NCBI GenBank assembly: GCA_010909165.1
Contig: MU008164.1
Location: 1,984,001-2,048,000 of the forward strand
Reading direction: 5' to 3'
Length of the DNA: 64,000 nt
Source of the DNA: Anthoceros angustus
Taxonomy: Eukaryota; Plantae; Anthocerotophyta
Shown here: positions 10,034-20,520 of the stretch, one piece after another
Layout of the letters: every line of letters starts with the position of its first letter
Numbering within the stretch: the first letter of the stretch is position 1
The notes under the pieces: model-generated
Told to the model about the DNA's origin: nothing
Database searches by the model: none
What the model saw: only the letters and a program-made list of their open reading frames with translations
Position numbers and translations under genes: made by a program

Positions 10034-13000
10034 TTAGGTGGCCAGAGAGAGACCCACGCAGTTTCCTCTCTTGGTTTCGGAAACGAGCTGCTTCAGCCTT
10101 GAATATATACCTTCACTCTCGAGATGCTTTTCGTCCCCAACCAGAAAGCTATGCACCAGTCCGTCCATGTCTGTCCACCGGCTCTGCCCTGGTTGCTTCC
10201 ATGCTCCAAGTCCTTTCCTCCTAGCCTGCATCTCCTGTGCCTCCTCCCACATCTGGGCACCGGTGTATATGTTTGACATCAACACATACGCTTCAGCATC
10301 CTTTTCGTCTATCTTCACTGCTTCATGGAAAGCATGGAGTCCCACCTCCACGTTGCTCCACTTCCGACAAGCACCCAACAGTGTGTGCCAAGTTGCAGCA
10401 TGAGGCAGACCAGGCATTGTTTTTGCCACTGCAAGTGCCTCGTCCAGATGACCTGCACGACCCAGGAGATCTACCATGCAGGTGTAGTGCTCTGCAGATG
10501 GAGTGATGCCATAGTGTCTGCTCATAGCCTCAAAGTACTCTTGTCCCTTGTTCACAAGACCGGCATGACTGCATACTGTCAGGACACTGAGGAATGTGAC
10601 GCCATCTGGTTGTATGGCATTCTCCTTCATTTTGTGAACCAAGTCGAAGACCACTTCACTGGCTCCTTGACGGGCATATCCTGCAATAAGCGCACTCCAA
10701 ATGACGACATCTCTTTGAGCCAATCTATCAAACACTAGCTGTGCGTCAACCATGCTCCCAGACTTTGCATACATGCTCATCAAACTGAGGGCTACTATGG
10801 GATCTGTTTCCAGACCTTGTTCTTTGATCTCAGAATGAAGTTGCCTTCCCGAATGCAACGCTGCTACATTTGCACATGCCTGTAGGAGGCACACAAATGT
10901 CACAGAGTTGGGTAGGATTGTGCTTTCTTCTCGCATACTTCTGTACAGATGAAGGGCTTCCTCATCCATGCCCTGCTGGGAATATCCAGCTATCAGTGCT
11001 GTCCAGGTCACCACATTTTTTTCAACGAGCCCATCAAACACGCCCTGGGCATCCACAAGGCTGCCACATTTGGCATACATGTTCACCAGACTGCAACCTA
11101 CAACCGTGTCAGTTTGAAGTCCCTGTTCTCCAACCTGTGCATGAACCAGCTTCCCCGTTTCCAAAGCCGAAGCACCTACACTTGCACATGCCTGGAGGAG
11201 GCACACAAAGGTCACAGGATCGATTGGAGTGATACCTTCCCTCCGCATACCACTGTAGAGATGGAGGGCTTCCTCAACCATGCCTTGCTGGGAATATCCT
11301 GCTATCAGAGTAGTCCATGTCGCGACATCTTTCTGGACAAGTGTGTCAAACACGCACTGTGCATCCTCTAGGCTGCCGCACTTTGCATACATGTTCATCA
11401 GGCTGCAACTTATAAACAAATCAGCCTGAAGCATTTGTTCCCCAATCTGAGCATGCAGCTGCCTTCCCTTCTCCAAAGCCAGGATACCCACGTTCGCACA
11501 TGCCTGTAGCAGGCACACAAATGTCACCGAATTGGGTGGAGTGATCCCTTCTTGTTCCATAGCACTGTAGATTTGAAGGGCTTCCTCACCCATGCCCTGC
11601 TGGGAGTATCCTGCTATCAGAGCGGTCCACGTCACTACATCTTTTTTACCGAGCCTGTCAAACACGAGCTTAGCGTCCTGTACACTGCCGCACTTTGCAT
11701 ACATGTTGACCAGGCCACAACTTACAAACACATCACCCTGAAGCCCTTGTTCTCGAATCTGTGCATGGAGTTGCTTCCCCTTCTCCAGAGCTGGGACACC
11801 CACACATGCACATGCCTGCAAGAGGCACACAAACGTAACAGAGTTGGGTGGAGCAATGCATTCTTCTTGCATTGCACTGTACAGCTGAAGTGCTTCCTTT
11901 CCCCTACCCTGCTGGGAATACCCTGCTATGAGAGCGGTCCATGTCACCACATCTTTCTGCGAAAGTCCGTCAAACACGCTCCCAGCATCCTCAAGGCTGC
12001 CACACTTTGCATACATGTGAACCAGGCTACAACCTACAACCACATCATCCTGAAATCCATGTTCTCGAAGCTGTGCATGAAGCAGCCTCCCATCCTCCAA
12101 AGCCGGGGCTCCCACTGCAGCACATGCCTGTAGAAGGCACACAAATGTCACGGAATTAGGTCTCAAAATGCCTTCTCCTTGCATCACACTGTAAAGGTAG
12201 AGGGATTCCGCAGCCATGCCTTGCTGGGAATATCCTGCTATCATGGCATTCCATGTCACCACATCCTTGTGGACAAGCCCATCAAACACTCTTCGAGCAT
12301 ATTTCAAACTGTTACACTTTGCATACATATCCACCAAGCAATTAGTAACAAATAGAGTAGGCTCATTCCCACTGGCCAGCACGTCAGCATGCACCTGCTG
12401 ACCAGTTTTTAAGTCTGCTCCCCTTGCACAAGCCTGCAAGACTGCTACAAACACGTGGCCATCTGCCTTCACAGTCGACTTGCGCATCTGATTATATAGT
12501 TGTATGGCCTGCTTAGCTTGCCCATGTCTAACATATGAGGAAATTATGGAAGACCACATGTAGGCATTTGGTTCTGCAACCTTGGTGAACACATCCATCG
12601 CTTCTTGCAACCTGCCATGAGAGGCATACATTCTTAGGATATGGTTGCACAAGAACCTATCCGATTGATACCCCTTCCTCACACTGAGAACATGGACCCG
12701 GCGACCCAGAACCAGATCCTTGTTCACCACACAGTTTTTCAGGACAGTATGAAACAGAGATTGCGGAATCTGACAGTCTGTCTGCACCAGAACTCCCAGA
12801 GCCTCAACAGCCTCAGACAGCTGCCCCTGCTCACACAGTTTGCTCACTGTTTCACCATCCACGATCCCTTCATATCCTGGAGATCTGCAAGGGTCAGGAT
12901 CATCCGTCAAGGTCCAGTTGAATGTAGAGGCAGGCCGTCCCACCTGCATTTCGAAAGCAGCATGCTGTACATCCACCCAACCTGGCTTGTAGAATATACG

Positions 13001-13219
13001 GTCCGAAACAGACTGTCTCCAAAAGAGCTCACGGGGCCCATACTCACTGCTGCAGCTCCTGGAGACGCTCATTCCTGTTACCAATTCAGACCTTGAAGAC
13101 AGGCTAGCGGGACCTGTAGTCCCATCAATTTTCCTCTGCCTGACCCAGAAAAGCTGTTGCCAGCGTCGACTTCTGTGTGAACGAAGTGAAACGACCCTGG
13201 CAGCCATGATAAACATCAT
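10034..13219 (-). CDS. PLS-class PPR protein, E1-E2-PG box (E+), putative organellar RNA-editing factor (PPR-A). Likely start is MAARV at 13207
   Basis: 1061-aa intronless ORF with 23 L/S/P motifs ending P2-L2-S2 (CSHAGLV, EHYTCMVDLLGRAG), then E1/E2 and KQPGQSRWTD...VHSFLVGD. No HxE/CxxC deaminase. The N-terminus is Arg/Ser-rich and presequence-like. Confidence 0.95.
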   Translation of the reverse strand: MMFIMAARVVSLRSHRSRRWQQLFWVRQRKIDGTTGPASLSSRSELVTGMSVSRSCSSEYGPRELFWRQSVSDRIFYKPGWVDVQHAAFEMQVGRPASTFNWTLTDDPDPCRSPGYEGIVDGETVSKLCEQGQLSEAVEALGVLVQTDCQIPQSLFHTVLKNCVVNKDLVLGRRVHVLSVRKGYQSDRFLCNHILRMYASHGRLQEAMDVFTKVAEPNAYMWSSIISSYVRHGQAKQAIQLYNQMRKSTVKADGHVFVAVLQACARGADLKTGQQVHADVLASGNEPTLFVTNCLVDMYAKCNSLKYARRVFDGLVHKDVVTWNAMIAGYSQQGMAAESLYLYSVMQGEGILRPNSVTFVCLLQACAAVGAPALEDGRLLHAQLREHGFQDDVVVGCSLVHMYAKCGSLEDAGSVFDGLSQKDVVTWTALIAGYSQQGRGKEALQLYSAMQEECIAPPNSVTFVCLLQACACVGVPALEKGKQLHAQIREQGLQGDVFVSCGLVNMYAKCGSVQDAKLVFDRLGKKDVVTWTALIAGYSQQGMGEEALQIYSAMEQEGITPPNSVTFVCLLQACANVGILALEKGRQLHAQIGEQMLQADLFISCSLMNMYAKCGSLEDAQCVFDTLVQKDVATWTTLIAGYSQQGMVEEALHLYSGMRREGITPIDPVTFVCLLQACASVGASALETGKLVHAQVGEQGLQTDTVVGCSLVNMYAKCGSLVDAQGVFDGLVEKNVVTWTALIAGYSQQGMDEEALHLYRSMREESTILPNSVTFVCLLQACANVAALHSGRQLHSEIKEQGLETDPIVALSLMSMYAKSGSMVDAQLVFDRLAQRDVVIWSALIAGYARQGASEVVFDLVHKMKENAIQPDGVTFLSVLTVCSHAGLVNKGQEYFEAMSRHYGITPSAEHYTCMVDLLGRAGHLDEALAVAKTMPGLPHAATWHTLLGACRKWSNVEVGLHAFHEAVKIDEKDAEAYVLMSNIYTGAQMWEEAQEMQARRKGLGAWKQPGQSRWTDMDGLVHSFLVGDEKHLESEGIYSRLKQLVSETKRGNCVGLSLAT

Positions 13220-13817
13220 CGCTGCATCGTCCTCCAGTCACATCACGTTACAGAGCAGTCATCTTCATGGTTCCGACTTGCGTGCACAAACTTTGACGTC
13301 TGTTGGCAAACACGAGCCTGTCCTGCCACGAGACCACAACCCAGCTCCAGCGAGCCAGCAGTTGCGCCCGTTGCGCTATTGATACCCTGCAGATCCATAA
13401 GTGGTGGCAGGAAATTCCTGCTTCTGCAACCTCAGCAACAAGTTTTGCAGCAGACATCTCAATTTGTTACCAAACTCGTCAGACCACCTCCTGCTGCAAT
13501 GCTCCACAGCTCATAATCCATGTATGTGTCCCTGCTCGTGAATTGGTAGGGACAAAACTCTAGTTTGTGCCCGTTTTCTGTGGGAACAGTACGACCGCTC
13601 AAAGCTCGACATCGTGATGGGCAACGAAAGGTGAGTCAAACGCTGGTGTGGGTGGCCTCCAGCTAACAAGTTCCTCTGCAAAGATCCCGTGAGATGCAGC
13701 AGCGATCGTTAGTAGGGCTACTGGATATCAAGTTCGCACCTTGCATGCCCCGTGTGCTGGAGCTGGATTGTGGTGTCAGGCCCGAGTCCATGGGTTCAGT
13801 GTGCGCCTCTGTGAATC
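13220..13817. promoter_or_regulatory. Putative shared (bidirectional) promoter/5'UTR region of the two divergent PPR genes
   Basis: Only ~600 bp separate the two divergently oriented start codons. This is a positional inference only. Confidence 0.45.
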
Positions 13818-16800
13818 ATGGCCGCCAGGGTGCTTTCACTTTGTTCATACAAACGGCATCGCTGGCAACAGCTTTTCTGGATCCACCAGAGGCAAATTGG
13901 TGGGACGACTTCTCCCGAGGGTTGTGTGGATGGGCAGCTTGCTGTTCCGGCTATGCAGGTGGGACTTCGTTCCCACACATCCAAATGGCATGGCGCTGAC
14001 GACTGCAGGTCTGCAGGATACGAATGGCACATGGATGCCGAAACCGTGACCCGATTGTGTGAGCAGGAGCAGCTGTCTGAGGCTGTTGAGGCTTTGGGAG
14101 TTCTCGTGCAGAGAGACTGTGGTATTTCCCAGTCTCTCTTTTATACTGTCCTCAGAAAATGTGTGGTTAACAAGGATCTGGTTCTGGGTCGCCGTGTCCA
14201 TGCTCTCATGGTGGAGAGGGGGTACGAGTCGGACCCGTTCTTGTGCAACCATATCCTGCGAATGTATGCTTCTCATGGCAGGTTGGAAGAAGCGATGGAT
14301 GTGTTCACCAGGGTGGGAAAACCAAATGCCTTCATGTGGTCCTCCATGCTCTCTGCACATGTTAGACATGGGCAAGCTGAGCAGGCCATTCGATTGTATC
14401 ATCAGATGGATAGGACGAGTGTGAAGGCAGACGGCCATGTTTTTGTAGCAGCCCTACAGGCTTGTGCAAGAGAAGCAGACTTAACAACTGGGCAGCAGGT
14501 GCATGCTGACTTGTTGGTCAGTGGGGACGAGCCTGAGATGTTTGTTTCCAATTGCTTGGTAGATATGTATGCCAAGTGTGGCAGCTTGGAAGACGCACAG
14601 AGAGTGTTTGAAGCGCTTCCCCAAAAGGATGTGGTGACATGGAATGCCCTGATAGCAGGATATTCCCAGCAGGGAAGGGGTCAGGAAGCCCTTCAGCTCT
14701 ACAATGCTATGCAAGAAGAAAACATCGTTGCACCTGATTCTGTTACTTTTTTGTCCCTCCTACAGGCGTGTGCAACTATGGGTTCACAGGCTTTAGAGAA
14801 GGGGAAGCAGCTCCATGCAAGGATTCGGGGACATGGGCTTCAGTCTGACGTGTTTCTAGGCAGCAGCCTGGTGAACATGTATGCAAAGTGTGGCAGCTTG
14901 GACGATGCCCAGCGTGTGTTTGATGGACTTGGTGAAAAGAATGTGGTAACGTGGAATGCCATGTTAGCAGGATATGCCCAGCAGGGCAGGGGTCAGGAGA
15001 CCCTTCAACTTTACAGTGCCATGCGACAGGAAGGTATTGTTACGCCCAATTCTGTGACTTTTGTGGCTCTCCTGCAGGCGTGTGCAAATCTGGGTACCCA
15101 AGCTCTGGAACAGGGAAGGCATATTCATGCCCAGATTGGGGAACAAGGGCTTCAGACTGATGTAGTTGTAGGTTGCAGCCTGGTAGACATGTATGCGAAG
15201 TGTGGCAGCCTTGAGGACGCCAAGCTTGTGTTTGAGGGGATTCCTGACAAAGATGTGGTGATATGGAATGCCATGATAGCTGGGTACTCCCAACAGAGCA
15301 TGGGCGAGGAAGCCCTTCAACTTCACAGTGCTATGCAAGAAGAAGGCGTTGTCTCACCGGATTCTGCTACATTTGCATGCCTCCTGCAGGCCTGTGCCAG
15401 TATGGGTACCCCAGCTTTGGAGAAAGGGAAGCAGCTTCATGCACAGATTGGAGAACATGGTCTTCGGCATGATGTTGTTGTAGGCTGCAGCCTGGTGAAC
15501 ATGTATGCAAAATGTGGCAGCTTAGAAGATGCACAGCTTGTCTTTGATAGACTTGTTCAAAAAAATGTATCGACATGGAATGCCATGATAACAGGATATG
15601 CCAAGCAGGGGAAGGGTGTAGAGGCCCTCCAACTTTACGCTGCCATGCAAGAAGAAGGTATTGCTGCACCGGACTCTGTGACATTTGTGTGCCTCTTGCA
15701 GGCATGTGCATGTGTGGGTCCCGAGGCTCTCGAGAAAGGGAAGAATTTGCATGCCCACATCACAGAACACCGGCTCCAGGATGATGTGTTTGTAGGGTGC
15801 AGCCTGGTGAACATGTATGCCAAGTGCGGCAGTCTAGAGAATGCACAGGGCGTGTTCAACGGACTTCTTTCAAAGAATGTGGTGACATGGACTGCCATGA
15901 TCGGAGGATATTCTCAGCAGGGCATGGGTGAAAAAGCCCTTCATATGTACAGGGCTATGCACGAAGAAGGCGTCACTGCACCAGATTCTGTGACATTTGC
16001 GTGCCTCCTCCAGGCATATGCACATCTTGCAGCTGTACAGCCAGGAAGGCAGCTTCATGCTGAGATCGAAGCAAAAGGGCTTGAAGCTGATCGGCTCATA
16101 GCCATCAGCTTGATCAACATGTATGCAAAGTCCGGGAGCATGATGGATGCGCAGCTGGTTTTTGATGCATTGCCTGAACGAGACACTGTTGCCTGGAATG
16201 CCCTCATCACAGGATATACCCGGCAAGGCAACTGCAAAGCGGTCTTTGACTTGTTTCTCAAAATGACCGAGGACGGTATACAGCCAGACGGCATCACATT
16301 CCTCAGTCTCCTAACAACATGCAGTCATGCTGGTCTAGTCAGCAAGGGGCAAGAGTACTTTCAATCTATGAGCAGATGCCATGGCATCACTCCCACCGCA
16401 GAGCACTACACCTGCATGGTGGATCTCCTTGGTCGTGCAGGCCATCTTGACGATGCACTGACGGTGGCCAGGACGATTCCTACACCCCCTCATGCTGCAG
16501 TTTGGCACACCCTCTTGGGTGCCTCTCAAAAGTGGAGCAACGTGGACGTGGGACGCCATGCTTTCGATGAAGCAGTGAAGATTGACGAAAAAGATGCTGC
16601 AGCCTATGTTCTGATGTCCAACATATACACTAGTGCCCAGATGCTGGAGCAGGCAGAGGCAATGCAGGCACGGAGAATCCGAGTTGGAGCATGGAAGCAG
16701 CCAGGCCAAAGCTGGTGGACAGATACAGATGGCCTGGTGCACACATTTCTGGTCGGGGATAAAAACCATCCTTCCAGTGAAGGAGTCAAATTCAAGGCTG

Positions 16801-16958
16801 AAACACCTCCTCTCCAAAACGAAGATAGAACGAGTGAAGCAACTAGTGTAAACTCAGTACTACCCACACATTTCCACTACCGTCATACTCACAAGTCGAT
16901 TGATAATTTGACTTCAACTACATATCTGGCAGTTGTGACCACAGTTGATGATGTTTGA
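13818..16958 (+). CDS. PLS-class PPR protein, E1-E2-PG box of WW type (PPR-B), paralog of PPR-A, with a frameshifted tail
   Basis: 1046-aa intronless ORF with the same 23-motif architecture and MAARVLSL start. It ends KQPGQSWWTDTDGLVHTFLVGD. No deaminase motif downstream. Confidence 0.95.
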   Translation: MAARVLSLCSYKRHRWQQLFWIHQRQIGGTTSPEGCVDGQLAVPAMQVGLRSHTSKWHGADDCRSAGYEWHMDAETVTRLCEQEQLSEAVEALGVLVQRDCGISQSLFYTVLRKCVVNKDLVLGRRVHALMVERGYESDPFLCNHILRMYASHGRLEEAMDVFTRVGKPNAFMWSSMLSAHVRHGQAEQAIRLYHQMDRTSVKADGHVFVAALQACAREADLTTGQQVHADLLVSGDEPEMFVSNCLVDMYAKCGSLEDAQRVFEALPQKDVVTWNALIAGYSQQGRGQEALQLYNAMQEENIVAPDSVTFLSLLQACATMGSQALEKGKQLHARIRGHGLQSDVFLGSSLVNMYAKCGSLDDAQRVFDGLGEKNVVTWNAMLAGYAQQGRGQETLQLYSAMRQEGIVTPNSVTFVALLQACANLGTQALEQGRHIHAQIGEQGLQTDVVVGCSLVDMYAKCGSLEDAKLVFEGIPDKDVVIWNAMIAGYSQQSMGEEALQLHSAMQEEGVVSPDSATFACLLQACASMGTPALEKGKQLHAQIGEHGLRHDVVVGCSLVNMYAKCGSLEDAQLVFDRLVQKNVSTWNAMITGYAKQGKGVEALQLYAAMQEEGIAAPDSVTFVCLLQACACVGPEALEKGKNLHAHITEHRLQDDVFVGCSLVNMYAKCGSLENAQGVFNGLLSKNVVTWTAMIGGYSQQGMGEKALHMYRAMHEEGVTAPDSVTFACLLQAYAHLAAVQPGRQLHAEIEAKGLEADRLIAISLINMYAKSGSMMDAQLVFDALPERDTVAWNALITGYTRQGNCKAVFDLFLKMTEDGIQPDGITFLSLLTTCSHAGLVSKGQEYFQSMSRCHGITPTAEHYTCMVDLLGRAGHLDDALTVARTIPTPPHAAVWHTLLGASQKWSNVDVGRHAFDEAVKIDEKDAAAYVLMSNIYTSAQMLEQAEAMQARRIRVGAWKQPGQSWWTDTDGLVHTFLVGDKNHPSSEGVKFKAETPPLQNEDRTSEATSVNSVLPTHFHYRHTHKSIDNLTSTTYLAVVTTVDDV

Positions 16959-17547
16959 ATTGATGTGATATGCAAACTGGGAAGCATAATGGTCTACGAT
17001 AGCAACATCATAGCCAGAGGTAGTTCAGAAGTTGATTACTCCACGTGCCTGGTTCGGTGCTCAACTAAACCTGAAACAGCAGGTCCTACAGGGTGGTAAG
17101 CTGAATAGTTTATATTTTCACGTGATATTCCAGGTACATAGAGGGGCTCATGAGGGGCTCTAACCGCCACCTCCAGGCCCCACACACCTGCTTCCTCATT
17201 TCATACTTTAACCTTTGGCCACCTACCCCGTTCCTTTTCCGGGCGCGACGGAACGGGGGCAGGAACGGGCGCCTCTGTACGTGCGGATCTGCAGTCGCAG
17301 GATCTCCTCCTGCGTTGTGACGAAGGCAAGCGACTGTCGCAACGGAACGGAACAGGCGCCAGGACGCACATTCGGAGCGTGAGGCGCGACCGCGACCCGC
17401 CATTATGGCATGTGCACGGAATGCCCGGCGCGTTGCCCACCCTGTGACGCGCGGGCCTGCTCATATTCGTCGCCTTGGACCAGGCGGTACAACTGCGACA
17501 GGTCGAGGGGCGGACGGAGTACCGTCACGAGGCTGGCCAGGCGTACC

Positions 17548-17582
17548 GAGACGAGACGAGACGAGACGAGACGAGACGAGAC
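17548..17582 (+). repeat. (GAGAC)n microsatellite, ~7 units
   Basis: Directly visible. Confidence 0.9.
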
Positions 17583-20073
17583 CCGGCCGGGACCCGGCCG
17601 CCGGGCCGCGCCCGGAGACGATGGCTGCGGAATTGCGTGGTGCGGAAGCACCGGCTGGCGCGTGCGGGAAGGACATGGATTGGCTACAGCAGCAGCGGCA
17701 GGCAGCGGCAGCTGCAGCTGCAGCGATCAATGCGGTCGGAGGGGAGGGCCCAGGTTTGTCAGCAATCTCCGGCTGCAGCTGAGCGCCGGCCAATCCGCAG
17801 TCCTAATCGTGATTAATTCATTTCTTGCGCCAGATCCACAGCTTGTCAGATCAGGCGGTAGGAGCCGAGACCGGGACGGCTGCCAATGCGATCATTGTGG
17901 TTGTAACGCCTAAGGTACCAGGCTAGGACCTAGGTAGGCAAGGTTTGCATAATTGCGAGGTGGTGAACTGCGATCAATGACATGCGCTTTGACAGTCAAA
18001 CTGCAGCAGTGACCAGCTCGATTTGTGCAGGCAGCGGGAGTCGGACAGGACAGGACAGGGCAGGACAGGGCATGAGTCATCGATGACATCCGTGTTCTGT
18101 AAGGTGAGCTGCCATCTTCACACAGGTTTTATTCTAGACTACCTGCTTCCAGGCCTGTTCCGTCTCGATTTCGCAACTCCTTTTTTTTGTTACCGGTGCA
18201 GAGGGATGCATTCTGTCCAGATCTGATACAGTTGATGGAACGTACAAGGTACGGGTCGGGTCGAGGACCGAGTCGACTCGCCCCGACTCGACTCCTCAGC
18301 TTTCAGGTATCCGCCTCGTCTTCCTCCCGTTCGCGCATGTTTTGAAGGGAAGTTTCACAGGCCCGGGTCATCGCACAGTCACGGGTTGGTTGTCGCAATG
18401 TGTCTGATCTGGTGTCGCAGAGTCTGTTATAGCTGCGTGCTTGCCAAGACCCTTGCAATGAATGCCAAACGTCACTCCAGTGCTGCTCCAAAAGATTTGA
18501 ACAGGCCAGCCTAGTAGGCCTAGTGTACATATGTATGTATGTACCACATTCCATTCTTTATGCCTTGTTGCTCTGTGATCTTCCTGACTCGATCTGCAAT
18601 TCCATAGGCCACAGTACGCCTTTTAAGCTCCTTTCTGTAGTTGACATAATTGCACCGGTGGGTTGCTTTAGAGAGCACTCCAGAGAGTCCGCTGATCGAT
18701 ACATGTGTCAAATTGCTCTTATATTCCTTCTGTCCACCACAACATCCCTCTCCTCTCTCCTCGCCTGCCTTCCTTAGTAGATATCCCTCTTCCCCAGGAA
18801 GAATGCCAGTCTTCTTGCTCTTCCGTCTTCCCCTGTCGCAGCTATCAACCTACGTTGGCGGCTCACCCTATGCTGTGTTTCAGGCAAATGCCTGCGAGGT
18901 TTCCCTCCCTCCATTGCACCAGTTGCAAACTTCCATTTGCACCGCGCTTGGCGTTTCTGAGCAGTAAGTCTGCTGGTCTTTGGTTTGGAGATACGCGCTT
19001 GCCGCTGGTGAGCACTAAGTCTCTGGTCTTTCTTTTAGATAAAAAGCTCTGGTGCTGGTGCTGATCTCTTCGGTGTGAGCCACCGAATATCCATATCATA
19101 TTTGGAGAGATCAGCATCAATAACAGAGCTTTTAATCTGCAGTGCATTTTTGTGCCAGCGCCGGATCGCGTGTCCCGTCACCAGACTCCGCTCTCACCTT
19201 CCTTTCCACAATTGGACATGGAATCGGGAGGCTCGTCCATGATTTCAAGTGCGCGTATGTCTGTCACAGTGTTCTGAACACGTTGGTTGTGGAAGCTGCA
19301 ATTCAGCTGGGAGGTGCATGCGACAGAGGCGACACCCCTGTATCTTTTGTAACTTTTGACTTCCTCTTCCTTGTTATGTCATCTATGCATCTGCAGTCAT
19401 CTGGCCAACAGACTCTCATGGTTTGATCATCTCTCGGGCGTGTTCAGATGTATCTTGAGCAGGCTTGGGACCTCAGCTCAAGTGTTCTGCAACCTGCGAC
19501 TAGTTCGATCGTAGTGAGAAATGCAAAGGGAGGCACTCGTGGAATCCCGACGCTCCCATTCTTGAACTTCCCAAAGGGTGCCTGAAAGGTGACCCCTGAA
19601 TTAGCGATCCCTTCAGTGTTGCTGTTGTTTTCCGCCTTCAATGCCCTTCGGGTGTGTTTTTGAGGGTTGCCTAACATTTTCAGACCGCCTCTTCGTGAGG
19701 AAGGTCGGCCACTTTATCCCAAGTTGTTCACCACGGCATTCGGAAGACTCCAAAACCGCACCCGCCCAAAGTTTAGAGTTTAGATTGGTTGGTAGAAAAG
19801 TTGTTGGGAAATATCGTGCGCAGGATTCACGCATTTTCATTAGTGGTACCCCCTTCGATTCTACGCAATTTCCAGGTGCTAAATATGTATATCCATTCAA
19901 TTATGGAGAGATGAGTAAGCTTACAATAGGGACGTTAACATTGCAGTCCGAGTTCTGTCCTTGGATTGGAGTTCTGCGACTCATCAATTTGCAAATACTT
20001 TTTCCATCTGAACCAATTCTTTCTACACCACCGTCCTTCTAAGCTTAAGTAAGCAATAAGCATCTGGTTGTAG

Positions 20074-20520
20074 CTCTTTCTAGCTGGAGTTAAGCAACCA
20101 TGACTTAAAAGAAGATGGTTATAATCTCTTTCTAGCTGGGGTTAAGCAACCACGACTTAAAAAAACATGGTTATAAACTCTTTCTAGCTAGGGTTAAGCA
20201 ACCATGACTTAAAAAAATATGGTTATAAACTCTTTCTAGCTAGGTTAAGCAACCATGACTTAAAAGAATATGGTTATAAACTCTTTCTAGCTGGGGTCAA
20301 ACAACCGCCACTTAAAAGAAGATGGTTACAACTCTTGCAAAAAGAATATGGTTATAACTCTTGCAAAGCTTTGTCTTTGGAGCTGGGGTTAAGTAATAGT
20401 GACTTAAAAGAATTACAGCTTCTTCCAAGCTCTTTGGAGCTGAGTTATGCAGTATGTACTAATAAGAATATGGTTATAAGAAAATAATTCTTCTTTCTAA
20501 CTAGGATGAATATAGTTACA
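20074..20520 (+). repeat. ~52-bp tandem array (ctctttctagctggggttaagcaaccatgacttaaaagaagatggttataa), ~5 good copies plus degenerate copies
   Basis: Units start at ~20074, 20126, 20178, 20230 and 20281, then decay. Confidence 0.9.

Noticed and set aside
16690-16720. U-to-C editing factor (DYW:KP/GRP type)
   Set aside because: The box is PGQSWW rather than KPAxA, and the catalytic domain is absent.
10038-16867. Numerous short ORFs overlapping the PPR genes
   Set aside because: Antisense or alternative-frame shadows repeating with the 312-bp PPR periodicity.
17400-20042. Possible spliced gene (MAAELRG...QQQRQAAAAAAAA at 17621, with several GT/AG candidates)
   Set aside because: Could not assemble a consistent open multi-exon frame or recognise a domain. 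A transcript here cannot be excluded.
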